Shown here piece by piece: positions 1-11,000 of a stretch of DNA of 64,000 bases. Positions within the stretch are counted from its first letter, which is position 1, and each line of letters starts with the position of its first letter. The stretch comes from Perna viridis (taxonomy: Eukaryota): contig CM074511.1 in the NCBI GenBank assembly GCA_037379345.1, forward strand, positions 12,834,001 through 12,898,000, given 5' to 3'. The notes beneath the pieces are model-generated. The model saw nothing but the letters and a program-made list of their open reading frames with translations, searched no databases and was not told where the DNA came from. The position numbers were made by a program, and so were the translations under genes.

Positions 1-2
1 AT

Positions 3-339
3 TTAAATCAAAGTTCTACACACCGTAATATAATGCAGCTTCTCGCCTTTCAGCGTCGGCCACTACCAATTTTCTACGTCACAGAAAAGGCAGGAAGTAG
101 TGAATTTCTGTCATATTTGTTAGATTGCCGAACAAATAGTGCCCATGCTTTAAACAAACAACAACAACTGAAATATACTTTAGATATTATAAACGCCGTC
201 TCATTTCTCCACGATAAGAAAATTATTCATAGAAATATCACGTGTTCTGCCTTCAGTGTCCGTCTAAATAGTCAAACTTTGTTCCTCCACGATTTTAGCA
301 TTGCAACTCGTGTACTAAGAGAAAATGGAATTATATCAG
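3..339 (+). CDS. Tandem pseudokinase gene, visible exon 1 (5'-partial): kinase-like domain 1, subdomains IV-VII
   Basis: Open frame from base 3: HRNIMQLLAF..PIFYVTE..INAVSFLHDKKIIHRNITCSAFSV..LHDFSIA; donor CAG|GTAGGT at 340, phase 1. Confidence 0.9.
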
Positions 340-655
340 GTAGGTCTATAACTCCATTTGCCAATCTAAAACTAAACTAAATTCTCGTATTGTGAATTTA
401 ACTTTAGGTGGATGCAAACATTTCACTTATCCAATATGAATTCTTTACCCTGAATATTATGCATTCTATAACAAGGATATGTTCAACACGTATTGGATAT
501 TCATTATTCTAATTCCAACTCATAGCACACTCAAATATCGCAACGTATAACAAATTAATGCAGATAGAAGCATGTATTAGTGGATAAGATAATGTTGTAA
601 AATCTACTTAGATAAAATTTAAAGTAGGACCCATTATGACATCGATACACTTCAG

Positions 656-834
656 ATTTGGAAGATATTATGATACCTGTTTTGTGGTCAGCCCCAGTCA
701 GCATATTGGAAGATAGATATGACAAGAAGACGGACGCATGGATGCTGGGAAATGTCATTTATGAGCTCTTCACTTATGGCTGTCATCCATACACTGAAGT
801 ATACAACACACCAACAGAACAAATTCTTGAATAT
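656..834 (+). CDS. Tandem pseudokinase exon 2: subdomains VIII-X
   Basis: ttcag| acceptor, phase matches; IPVLWSAPVSI..YDKKTDAWMLGNVIYELFTYGCHPY is a tyrosine-kinase-type pattern; donor GTGAGT. Confidence 0.92.
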
Positions 835-1131
835 GTGAGTGTCGGTATACAATAAAGGGCAATTACAATTAGGAAAATTACTTAAAGAAGAAAGGCAAGA
901 TGTATAACTGAACTACAATATTGGAAAATAGAAATTGTATGAAGCATCTAAAATTCATCATTTAACACACAAAATATTAAGTGTAAAAAAATCGATTTAT
1001 TTGGTTATTCACTCTTTCCAGTTAATTATCCTATTAGTAATGAATGTTCACTTAATTTACATTATTTTTTTTACAGTAAAATGATTTCTATATTACGAAT
1101 ATGTGCACCTCATTAAGTTGATTTTCTGCAG

Positions 1132-1297
1132 ATCCTCTTCAGCGATCTGAAACTACACAAATGGCCCTGTATACCGACAGAAGTTCATGCAGTTATACTA
1201 GGACTCACAAAATCCAATCCATCTGAAAGATTAGACATCAGTGCTGCCAAGACAAAACTATCATTAATGCTCCAGTTTGAAGACGAAAGTAATCAAG
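1132..1297 (+). CDS. Tandem pseudokinase exon 3: subdomain XI of domain 1
   Basis: tttctgcag| acceptor; ILFSDLKLHKWPCIPTEVHAVILGLTKSNPSERLDI; donor AAG|GTAAAG. Confidence 0.85.
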
Positions 1298-1424
1298 GTA
1301 AAGGCAACGGTTACAAGGGGTAATCAAATTAATATAATGCAGGGCAAATTTTCTCAATGAGTCAGAGAAAACAGGGCAAAAACTAAAAACACAATAGCTA
1401 ACGAGACTACAAAAACACATTTTA

Positions 1425-1760
1425 GTCATCATGAACTCGTGGATCGTTATGATGTATCCATCAGCACCATGAAAACTGATTTATTCAAAGGGTCATAGTT
1501 TTCCTTTCCTCGTTTGCCTACCCCGGACTTGGTGGGTGTTTCTAGAAAAGCAGAGGACGCTTACCCTACCGGTGCACCTGGTCCATGCTCCCAGTTTTTA
1601 GTGGAGTCCGAGTTGCTCATTTACTTTTGTTACTTTGTATGAATGATTTTAGTTACTTTATGTTCTTTGTTGTGTATGTCTGTTTTCCATGTCTGGTCTT
1701 TGTCCCTGGATTACATTCTTTTGATTACCGCTATAACCTTGGTTCCCTTGATTACTCTTT
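1425..1760 (+). mobile_element. 5'-truncated Penelope-like element 3' fragment in intron 3
   Basis: Closely similar to 53735-54085 (ORF end HHELVDRYDVSISTMKTDLF plus 3' UTR ending ccttgattactcttt). Confidence 0.85.
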
Positions 1761-1927
1761 AAGCTAGGTCTTGGTGTCCTTGATTATATGTTTAGTGCAG
1801 CCTGATTGTTCTTAACTCTGGTGAAACCACCTAGTGTTGACGAAAAAAACATCATGAGACGTTTGAATCATATTGTGTGTTGTTTATTTTTTTTTAATAT
1901 AAAATTGATTTTTCATATTTCTTAAAG

Positions 1928-2010
1928 ATAAAAATTCTGATTATACTATTGATGCCGTCCCAACGCAAGATCTCCCGCGGTTAGATGTGAATCAAAGGTT
2001 ACCAGAAACG
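1928..2010 (+). CDS. Tandem pseudokinase exon 4 (linker)
   Basis: Phase 1 in, phase 0 out; DKNSDYTIDAVPTQDLPRLDVNQRLPET; donor GTAAGA. Confidence 0.7.
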
Positions 2011-2240
2011 GTAAGAATATGGTAAAACATAAGGTATGTACTGATACCTAAATATTTTGTATCTTTCTTGTCGGCGATCTCCCAATTCATTTTCTCAAAG
2101 GCAAATAAAACAATAAACAATTTCGTAGCATTGTTAAAAACGTGTCCAAGTCTTCCTAATCAAGTGCCAATACCAGATGCCAAATACCAATGTTTCATAA
2201 AAACATCAATAATAGTTAACTATAATTTTGCATTTTTTAG

Positions 2241-2292
2241 GAAATACCATACCTCATTCAGCAAATAAAGTGTTACCATGGACGATCAATAA
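2241..2292 (+). CDS. Tandem pseudokinase exon 5 (linker)
   Basis: ttttttag| EIPYLIQQIKCYHGRSI |GTGAGT; needed to reconcile phase 0 to phase 1. Confidence 0.68.
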
Positions 2293-2826
2293 GTGAGTAG
2301 CACTGCTTTCTAATGCTAGTTAAAGGAAGTTGTATTGTACCAGGTGATATGTATTCAATTTCTTGCCCACAAGATTACGACAATGTTCCATTGAAGGCAA
2401 TTAGGAGTATCGAAATTCTCACCAGAATGAAACAAAAGCAACATTAACAAAAAAATAAACTTGCGATCGATTGAGCATAAAACGTGATAGCGAACAGTTT
2501 TGACAATTTATAACAAGATGGAATTAGAGGATGTGAAAACAATTAGTACCGTAAATGCTATATATGTATATTTGAACTTTTTTGTCTTTTTTACACATTA
2601 TCTTTAATTTAAGCCAAACATATAACGTAACTATGATATCAGTCGATAAAGAACATACATAACATAGGCTTAAATACCGTTTTCTTGCAACCGTGATTTA
2701 CCATGGTTTCTTCTACTTAGTGAATGTTTTATACGTTGCGTATTTTAAATCAAATAATGTGCTATTTGCATCTAATATACCGACTTTCTGAAAGCATTAA
2801 AAGTTTCGTCTTTAAATGGTATGTAG

Positions 2827-2942
2827 GTTCTGCCAAACATGTTTATCTGAATACACGTCTGAGTCAGAGAATACAACGAAGAAGTCTAGCAATAACCCCT
2901 GTTGATGTTATACCACAGGATAAACCTAGGATTGTTAAAAGG
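2827..2942 (+). CDS. Tandem pseudokinase exon 6 (linker)
   Basis: SAKHVYLNTRLSQRIQRRSLAITPVDVIPQDKPRIVKR; donor AGG|GTAAAG; phases fit. Confidence 0.65.
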
Positions 2943-3285
2943 GTAAAGCGTGTTTAAGGTGGCTTATGTTTGATTAAAAATGCACGTTTTTTTTTTGTAT
3001 AAATACAGCTTTACGGCTTCTTTTATTCTAATAACATATGCTTGAGTGCAATTCAATAAAACTTAAGTTTCTGAATCATTTTGTATATTTTGAACGATCG
3101 TGCGCATGATAGCAACTCTGATTAAATTATGATGTCGAATTCGCCAAAAATGAAAAATCAACCAAACGCGAAAGACAAAATATGTCATAAGCATGCCAGC
3201 GGTTATGTATAAAATGAAAAATAGACTTAAAAATTCAATGGTTTGGAGGGCATTTTGCACTTAGCGTTTTATTGTTCCATTTCAG

Positions 3286-3456
3286 TTCGGTTTCCTGGAC
3301 ATTCGGGAAGCAGTTACGCTGAAGTTTTTACGATTCCTTCCGAGTATTGACGACGAAGAAGTTTTCCGTGATCTGCTGTGTCTGTTAAATTCGCCACAGA
3401 AACACGTCGTCCAAGCAAGGCAGAAACTATCAGAGAATATGTTCCCTTTTTATTTA
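3286..3456 (+). CDS. Tandem pseudokinase exon 7: N-lobe of domain 2
   Basis: atttcag| FGFLDIREAVTLKFLRFLPSIDDEEVFRDLLCLLNSPQKHVVQ..FYL |GTAAGT; beta3 Lys, alphaC and HxxVV-like pattern. Confidence 0.82.
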
Positions 3457-3651
3457 GTAAGTGATATATTAAAAATCTTGTATAATAAACACACAGTGAG
3501 CTATACAAATGTGTAGTCGAATTATAATGTATAAAAGTTTAACTTTTGTAAGATATTAGTGTAATAGAATCTGCATGGCACATTGTGAAAAATGTTTGTC
3601 CACGACAACAAAGGACATATTCAATCTAATACATTGTCGTTATTTTTGTAG

Positions 3652-3849
3652 AAATACAGATGTGTTAGGGGTACAAGTATTCTAGATTTAGCGTTCACTA
3701 ATGTGTTCGGTGACCCAACAATGGAGGGATACAAGTATATGCAGATAGTTCTCAAGGTTGTCTGTTTTGTCCAAGAAGTTCATAGAAGACGTATTATTCT
3801 GGGAGATATTTGCGCTGAACATATTTACATATCAGAAGATTATGAAAAG
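3652..3849 (+). CDS. Tandem pseudokinase exon 8: alphaE and catalytic loop of domain 2
   Basis: tttttgtag| ..QIVLKVVCFVQEVHRRRIILGDICAEHIYISEDYEK |GTGAAT. Confidence 0.9.
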
Positions 3850-4157
3850 GTGAATACTTCTTATATAAACCTACATGTATATAGGTGATTATTTTGGCAC
3901 AGTAAGTCTGTTTTGTTTGAATTCATTTGCTCAGTACATACATGTAACTGTCTCATAAAATTTAAAAGCTACATACGGAAAAAGGCAAAAGGCGTATCTT
4001 CTTGTCATAAACCATGATTAACTTATGCACTTGGTTGGGCATAGAAGTATTTCTTTAATCAAATGTTATATACTAAACCCTTCTGTTCCCTACATGTATT
4101 CCTAACGATTGCAGCTATAGTTTATATAAAAACGAAAGTATCTTTTTATTTGTAAAG

Positions 4158-4249
4158 GTATATATGCCAAGATTAGGTCGAATGTTGTACTATGAAGACC
4201 GAACCCAAGAGTGTCTGTCGGGGCCCATGTATTCTGATAGAAAACGTTG
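4158..4249 (+). CDS. Tandem pseudokinase exon 9: activation segment of domain 2
   Basis: VYMPRLGRMLYYEDRTQECLSGPMYSDRKR(W); a split Trp codon TG|G joins the next exon. Confidence 0.85.
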
Positions 4250-4778
4250 GTAAGATTTAATAATAATTTGTCATTCTGTTGTGTTAATATAGACTTATTA
4301 ACATTTACATTTAAAGGACTTATTTTCTGAGGTGCTTATAATATTTCTCTATATTAGTGTTGTTCGAGAGAGCTGTGTTGTGAAACAGGGACCTTTTGTG
4401 AAATAAGTGATATACAAAGGAATCACAGTCGAATTACAGCAATCGAAATTAATGCATTCAAAAACTAGTGGTGTAAATGACACTAGGCAAAAAGTAACAC
4501 AAACCTTTACATTTACGTTCACGTAAGAAAACATTAAGGAACAAAAAGGAAGCAGTTTTATCAGGAGCAGCGGAGGAGCAACGATCAAACTCTTATTGAA
4601 AAAAAATCTTTTTACTTGGCCTTGGCTTTGTTATTGAAACGTGTATTCTTGTCATATGAACTAGGGAAACTCTATATTTCAACAAAACTAGACAGTTTTT
4701 TGTTATATTCTTACCACAACTAGTAAGAGTGTTGATTTTGTTGGATATTCCAGTTTTGATGATTTCTACCATTTTTAG

Positions 4779-4944
4779 GACTCCTATAGAGGTTTTACAA
4801 CACGGGCAATATTCATTTGAAAGTGATATCTATCGGCTGGGTATGACGGTATATGAGTTCTTTACTGCACTGGATATATACAGGAGCGATCCAATGGCTG
4901 ATCAACTGAGCTGTGCACCTTTTGCTCATATAGCTCATAAAGAT
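4779..4944 (+). CDS. Tandem pseudokinase exon 10: subdomains VIII-X of domain 2
   Basis: (W)TPIEVLQHGQYSFESDIYRLGMTVYEFFT..APFAHI; atttttag| acceptor and |GTAAGT donor. Confidence 0.92.
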
Positions 4945-5216
4945 GTAAGTCTGTTATAATACGAATGGTTTATTGAAAGATTTGCTCAACTTCACACTTT
5001 CATCTAAACGATCGGGAATAATTGGTTTAAATAAGACTGCTAGAAGCCAGTGTTCTTTTCTAAAACATTTATTAAGTTGCCACCTTGTTTGCCAACCTTT
5101 ACCCAACCGTAACGCAGCGATAAAATTCCAGAAATGAGTTCAATATGTGTTTATTTGATATGTTATTTTTCCTTGTTTTTTATTCAGTAAAGGTTATCTA
5201 CATTACATTGTTTTAG

Positions 5217-5368
5217 CTACTTAGTGTTTTATACAACGGTTCTGTGCCACCAAGACCTAAACTTTGCCCTGATTGGTTATACATGGTTCTATTAAAATGC
5301 TGGGACCGAGACAGAACGCGAAGACCGTCAGCTTTATGGATTGAAGAGGTTATAAAGAGACAGCTCGG
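5217..5368 (+). CDS. Tandem pseudokinase exon 11: subdomain XI of domain 2
   Basis: PPRPKLCPDWLYMVLLKCWDRDRTRRPS is the classic tyrosine-kinase C-lobe motif. Confidence 0.93.
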
Positions 5369-6358
5369 GTAAATTGACAGAAAAAACTTTAAATGACAAG
5401 CAACATGTTCTTATTTCAGAATACATGTGTCAAATGTGACCTGGAACTTTATTTTTATATATCGACTTCGATTAATATGAATAGTTTTCCTAAAAGTACT
5501 TCAAATTATATCTGGACTTCGTCGAGCTCGTAAAGCTCAGTAAATGGAAAAAGAGGAAAGTTTTCGATTTCCTAAAACAGGTTTTGTAATACTAAAGTTG
5601 GTTTACAGTTACAACATGCGTGAAAGTATACATCAGAAAAAAAAAAATCGGTTGCAGATTTAACACGAACCTGGTGTGCTGTTCGGGGAGTCAGTAAGGA
5701 GTTTAGTCACAAAGTAATATTTTTAAGGTCTTGTTATGTGTTTGTTAGTTTCCAAAACGGTGCTACTTCTATCTGATTAATAATTGAATTGAATCTCTGG
5801 AAGTCGTTGTCTGAGCTGTTACGTCCTTTCCATTTATTTTCTTGATACCTGTTAATTGAGTTATTAATGATGGATTTCCATTCACATTTCGATGTTGGAA
5901 AGACCGGTCAGTAAAAAGCTTTGAGATATCCATGAAGTTTATATGTTAATAATACTTTAAAAAAACGTCGGAAATAAAACCATGGTTGCTACGTTTTGTA
6001 TCAATAAGAAATGAGAAAAGACGAATAAAAAATATCTGTTTTCAAAGGCAACCGTCACTTAAGGTAATCAGTTTCTGTAAGAAGAGGGGTTTCGTTTTCT
6101 CTATTGCGATAGTAATTGGATGTAGTCCCAACATTGCTTGACACATATCTGATCTGGTTTTGATTTAAACCGATCGGCTCAGTTCAGCAATCGTAATGCA
6201 TGGTAATTTTTGGGAACCCAACAAATCATATCGATTTAAGTTAATATAGGGGCTCCGCAAGGTGTAATCTTAAATATGGAACATGTGTATCGTTCGGCAA
6301 AAATATTTGAAATCAATTTAAGAAAAGTCTTGGTCAGCACGGCCAAAAGCGCAGCGTG

Positions 6359-6475
6359 TGATAATCATATGCTGACCCATTTTAAGATAATCATATGGTC
6401 GAGCACCATATGATCATTATTGTGATAATCATAATTTGAAACATAATCATATCACGCTCGATTCATATGATCATG
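6359..6475. repeat. Cluster of short TGATAATCATAT / ATATGATCAT motifs, possibly subterminal repeats of a DNA-transposon relic
   Basis: Repeated motif visible in intron 11. Confidence 0.45.
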
Positions 6476-6591
6476 TGTTGCATATCGTATTATTCTCTTG
6501 TGGCACTTTTTGCCATTTACACCAATCAAAACAGTATTATATTCTAATTTAATTTTGGACAGAATAATAGGACATTTCTTTTATACTTTAG

Positions 6592-7306
6592 TGATCCACT
6601 GACCGACATTGATCATTCACTGTTTACCAGACAGTTAGATACAGAGGTAATGGAAATAACGCGCCAGGAAATAACCCCACAGGCATTACACACAGAGCAT
6701 GTTTCCGATATACCATTAGCAGATTGCAACAAACCGAACGATTCAAATTTTATTTTATCCCAAAATAAATACACACGAAGTGAACAAAACCTTCTAAGCC
6801 ATCAAAGGTTTCCATTTACTCATCATGCATGGCGAATCACTTCACCGCCACATTTACCTAACTTTGTAAATATAAACAGTGCATCGTCTTTATATGCAAA
6901 TAACTCCGATATTAGGTTTAAATCAACGAGTTTTCAGGAAAAAGATAGCATATTGGAAATGCAGTCGTCCAAAGATTTGAAAGGTGACAATGATAACCAA
7001 CATAGACACTGGAATCCGAGCTCTTACACTCAGCTTTATTTACCGGTCGAACAGAAACTACAAAGGCCAAATAACTCCCGACATTGGGTAAGGGATGTAT
7101 CTAAGCTGACTGATGATGCCATTGGTGTCTCCAAAGCACTATCGACTCTCCCTTATAATCAAACATCAATAGAACAAAACAAAAGTTTTGTTTTAGACGA
7201 ACTACAACAACGAATCACTCGAGGAATGCGTGATAGAGAAAGTAGAATGATAAACAAAAGTGGTTATCACATGACAGGTGACAATACTGGTGAAGAATTC
7301 GTATGA
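6592..7306 (+). CDS. Tandem pseudokinase terminal exon: low-complexity/disordered tail ending GEEFV*
   Basis: tactttag| acceptor; phase 2 matches exon 11 and leads in frame into the 218-aa ORF 6650-7306. Confidence 0.85.
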
Positions 7307-8344
7307 AGAGTTATGGAGTTTAAAATTAAAGTCAGTACTAGATAAAAAATCATATTTCTTAGTCAACCTGTTTCTGAGCGCAACAAAAAGAGCTACTGTG
7401 AGACGAACTCTGGTGGGAAATATTGAACATCGGACCCATTGAATTTAGTGTAATGTCACACAACATGGACGATACAGCTATAGCTCTGAACATTATCTCG
7501 TGCAACTCCGATAGATTCTACGACTTGTCACCCGAGGACTTGGATCTATTCAGTTTTGTGTGTGCAAAGTACATTTATTAGATCTGTCAAAGTTACGGAC
7601 TGTAACTTACAATTCCCTTATCTATTTTATGTATTTAATTATATAGTAAAAAAGGAACAGATAACCATAAACTTATTCCACTGAACATTACCAAATATAT
7701 ATATTATAAGTATAAGATACAAGGGCTTTTTTGCTTTGTTACTTTTATTTTTTATTCATGTATTTTTTCTTTCTGTTAAATCAACAGTTTTGCTTTGTTT
7801 TAATATTTTCTATTTTTACTCCCTTATTCACAATACTTAATTCGGATGCTTCATTAGGTCACTATGGTAAATTTCTTATTGGTCCTCTTTAATTCTTGTT
7901 AATACTCGCATAAGATTTAGTGACATTTTGTTTTCAAAGTGCTTAATCATACCCTTTTGACTATTTTATGCTATATTCGTTATCGTACCAATGCTTGTAA
8001 GTATGAAATGTGTATAAAAAATACACAAATAATTTATTGCACTTTCCAAGTATTTATACCTCATAACCTCAAGAAATTACTGTCAAAGTGCTTGTAAAGT
8101 TTGCCCTTTTAAGATATTGATAGGTCAAATTTAGTTGAAATGCACTATGAAAAAATGTCGGAAAATTTTCCCGAAGTTTTTCCTTATATAAGCAGTCAAA
8201 AAAATATCTTCGTCACCAATGCTTCAGGAGAAGTTTAAATAGCTTAATAGTTGTGTTCTAGATATGAATATGTTTGATGCAAAAAAGATCAAATTGAGAA
8301 ATATGATGTGCCACCCTTTGCCTGATTCTTACACAGAATGGTAC

Positions 8345-8407
8345 TTAAGCTGGTTCTTGGCTGACTACCGTTACACTACATAGAATACAAGCGAGAACCA
8401 GTTTAAA
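8345..8407. mobile_element. Very small TIR element bounded by TTAA
   Basis: ttaagctggttcttg ... cgagaaccagtttaa inverted ends; aatggtacttaa occurs on both sides. Confidence 0.4.
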
Positions 8408-9539
8408 TGGTACTTAACTACATTTAATAACAAAAATCCAGAATAAATCCTGATCTTCGGAAAGTTATAGTGAATATGAACTGTTCACCGTTTTGTAACT
8501 ATGACTGTATTGTGAAAAGAATTAACAAAAAAAGAGCGTATACTGTTTGCCAAGGGATCCTGTTGGCGTTATCAAACTGAGGAAGATTTCCTACCTATCA
8601 CATATTTTTCTGGAATAAAGAAAAACAAAACTTAAATGTTTTGTATTGGAACTTTTCAAATGTGAAAAAAAAAACGTTTTGATTGTTTGATTCCTAATAA
8701 TGAATAATTTCTAAATGAATCTTTTTACCCTACAGTGAGATGTTATAAAGTGAGTTTCAATACCTATCTACATTATCTGATTTTTTTTTAGGGAATGGCT
8801 ACTTTGCCGTACCTGTTTACAACATATTCTACTTCTTTTTCTCAAGTTGATCATTCATCGAAGGTATAATTGATTTTATTATACTAATAATAGTTTATAT
8901 AAGAATTGAATTTTATTGCTGAATATCTATATAACATTACAACATATAACATAACCAGAATAACTTACGGTTCTCCCTGTTGTGGTTCCATTCTTATTTT
9001 ATTAAAAAAAATCACAATTTCATTAAGTCAATGGCATTAAACGAGATCATATGGCAGTAGATATTTGTTTCGAAGAAACCGATATTTGAAATAGAGCATG
9101 ATTCAGCAGTAAAAACTATATACATGTATATCATAGTTGATCTTGTAGTCATGGTCTTGTCAAAATATATCCATCTGAGGGAAAATTGGGTAGGTGGAAA
9201 ATGGATTGATTTACACAGACTGCGTCCTAGTGACAATTTTCGAACGCGCTCTACATCTATTACATGTACTAGTTCTCTAAGACAAAATAATAAGCCAAAA
9301 ATGATATCATAATACATGTATATGAATGGTTTGTTTGAAGATATATAGCTTTAACATGTTTCTGCTGTGTATGATAAAATGTTCATAAAAATATCAAATT
9401 GAGATTTTCCTCAAATAATTCCCCAACTAAAATTTGCTTATAAAAAATTGTAGATTTGAAGAAAAATTCAGGGATTTGAGGAAATTCCCAAAATGAGAAT
9501 TTTTAAGTGAAACCCAGGCCAGGGAAGAATTGGTTGACA

Positions 9540-10735
9540 CAAAAAAATAAATAAAGTGAAAATGAAAGAAAACATACAGAGGCCAGAAATTCCTGGATTG
9601 GGACAGGCGCAAAAAAAATACGGTGGGGTTAAAGTACTTTGGCGTGATCACAACACTTCCCCTTTAAATTCTGGCTTATTTCTATTTAACTGTATAGTAT
9701 CTTTTCTGTGGAAAAAATATTACAAAATCAAAACACCTAAAAATCAGTTAAAAAAGGTCCGAGTCCCATGTTACAATGAAAATAAAGAAACTGAGTATGA
9801 ATTACACAACTATACAAACTTAGGACTACTATCAGTTAACTGACATGCCAGCTCCAGACCATTTTAAACCTACAAAATGTTATGTTCCCATCGTATGTAA
9901 AATCAATCCAAATTCTTCCCATGCGGGCTTGAGGATCATGGTATATCATGAGTCATACAATAAGGACACCAGCCATTTCATGCCAAAAACTGCGTTAAGA
10001 TATATAGTGTTTTAATTTCCTATGATCGAATCAATGCTAATTCCCTCCCAAAAGTGCTATCTTTAACGATTTGACAACAATATAATAACTATATCCCTTA
10101 CGAATGAGCCTATTCAAAGGTTTAGTTAACTTATTTGGTGAGTAGCGAGTTTTCCGTGCTTTGTGTAGAATACTACCTTAAAACAAAGAGTGAGAGATAC
10201 CTGCACGTAATAATTCTTTACAAGTACATTTGTATTTGAGAGTGCGTTCATAGTATCGGTTGAAAAAAAATTGTGCATCTTTTTAGTATCTTGTGATATC
10301 GAAAATCTTGATAAAGTAATTTTTCGGTTATATAAAGATTCCTTTCGTTAAAATCCGAAACATTGTTACAAATACGAGCAAATTGGAACCAATTGTGATA
10401 TCTTAACACCATATAATAGTAATAAGAGAATTTCACCATCTAAAAACGGATAGTTGACATTAAAGAATGAAAAAATCATTCATTTGATCCTAAATTTAAG
10501 TACAGAAAGAGGTCTGCAATAAGTGGTGCACAAATTGTCCCCATGGGAATTCCAATAACTAGACGATAAACAGTTTCGTCAAAGCGTATGAAAATGTTGT
10601 CTAACAAGTGCTGTGGGCATATCAAAAGAAATCCAATTGACGTTGTTTGTTTATATATTTATCGTTCCCAAAAAATGATCTGTAAGAAGTCGACCCAAAT
10701 ATATTAACATTTTTTCGTTTTTTACTATTATAAGC
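9540..10735 (-). mobile_element. Decayed Penelope-like retroelement (RT fragments, C-terminal region, 3' UTR)
   Basis: Minus strand reads LLDNIFIRFDETVYRLVIGIPMGTICAPLIADLFLY, then a deletion of the YxDD region, then VNYPFLDG..ISQL..FARICNNVSDFNERNLYITEKLLYQDFRYHK..GISH..KLTKPLNRLIRKGYSY; contains stops and frameshifts. Confidence 0.85.
9582..9675 (-). ncRNA. Degenerate twister ribozyme-like motif (P5-type permutation) in the PLE 3' region
   Basis: GCCAGAA..GGGGAAGTG..TAA-CCCC-ACC-GTA(T)nTGC-GCCTGTCCCAATCCAGG..TTCTGGC; order and stems match twister UAA/P2/GCC/P4 loop GUCCCAAGC/GAGGG, with several mutations. Confidence 0.6.
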
Positions 10736-10740
10736 GACAG

Positions 10741-11000
10741 TAGAATTTTTTATATTAAAAATAATTTTCTAATGTTAGAAAATGATTTTTTAATATTTAA
10801 AAAATCATTTCCTTATATTAAAAAATCAATTTCTAATATTAAAAATCGTTCTTTTATATTTTTATATATTAAAAATTGAATTTCTAATATTAAAAAAATG
10901 AAGAAAAAAAACATGAACTTTTGATATTAAAAATATGTTTCAATATTAGAAGTTTATTTTTTGGCATTAGAAAATCATTTTTTAATATAAAAAAAATAAT
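10741..11000. repeat. AT-rich array of ~20-bp TTCTAATATTAAAAAATC-type units in both orientations
   Basis: Visible repeated motif; it abuts the 5' break of the PLE relic. Confidence 0.6.

Noticed and set aside
3-7306. Naming the tandem-kinase gene JAK/hopscotch
   Set aside because: The second domain is not an active kinase, there is a long tail, and no FERM/SH2 domain is visible in the window
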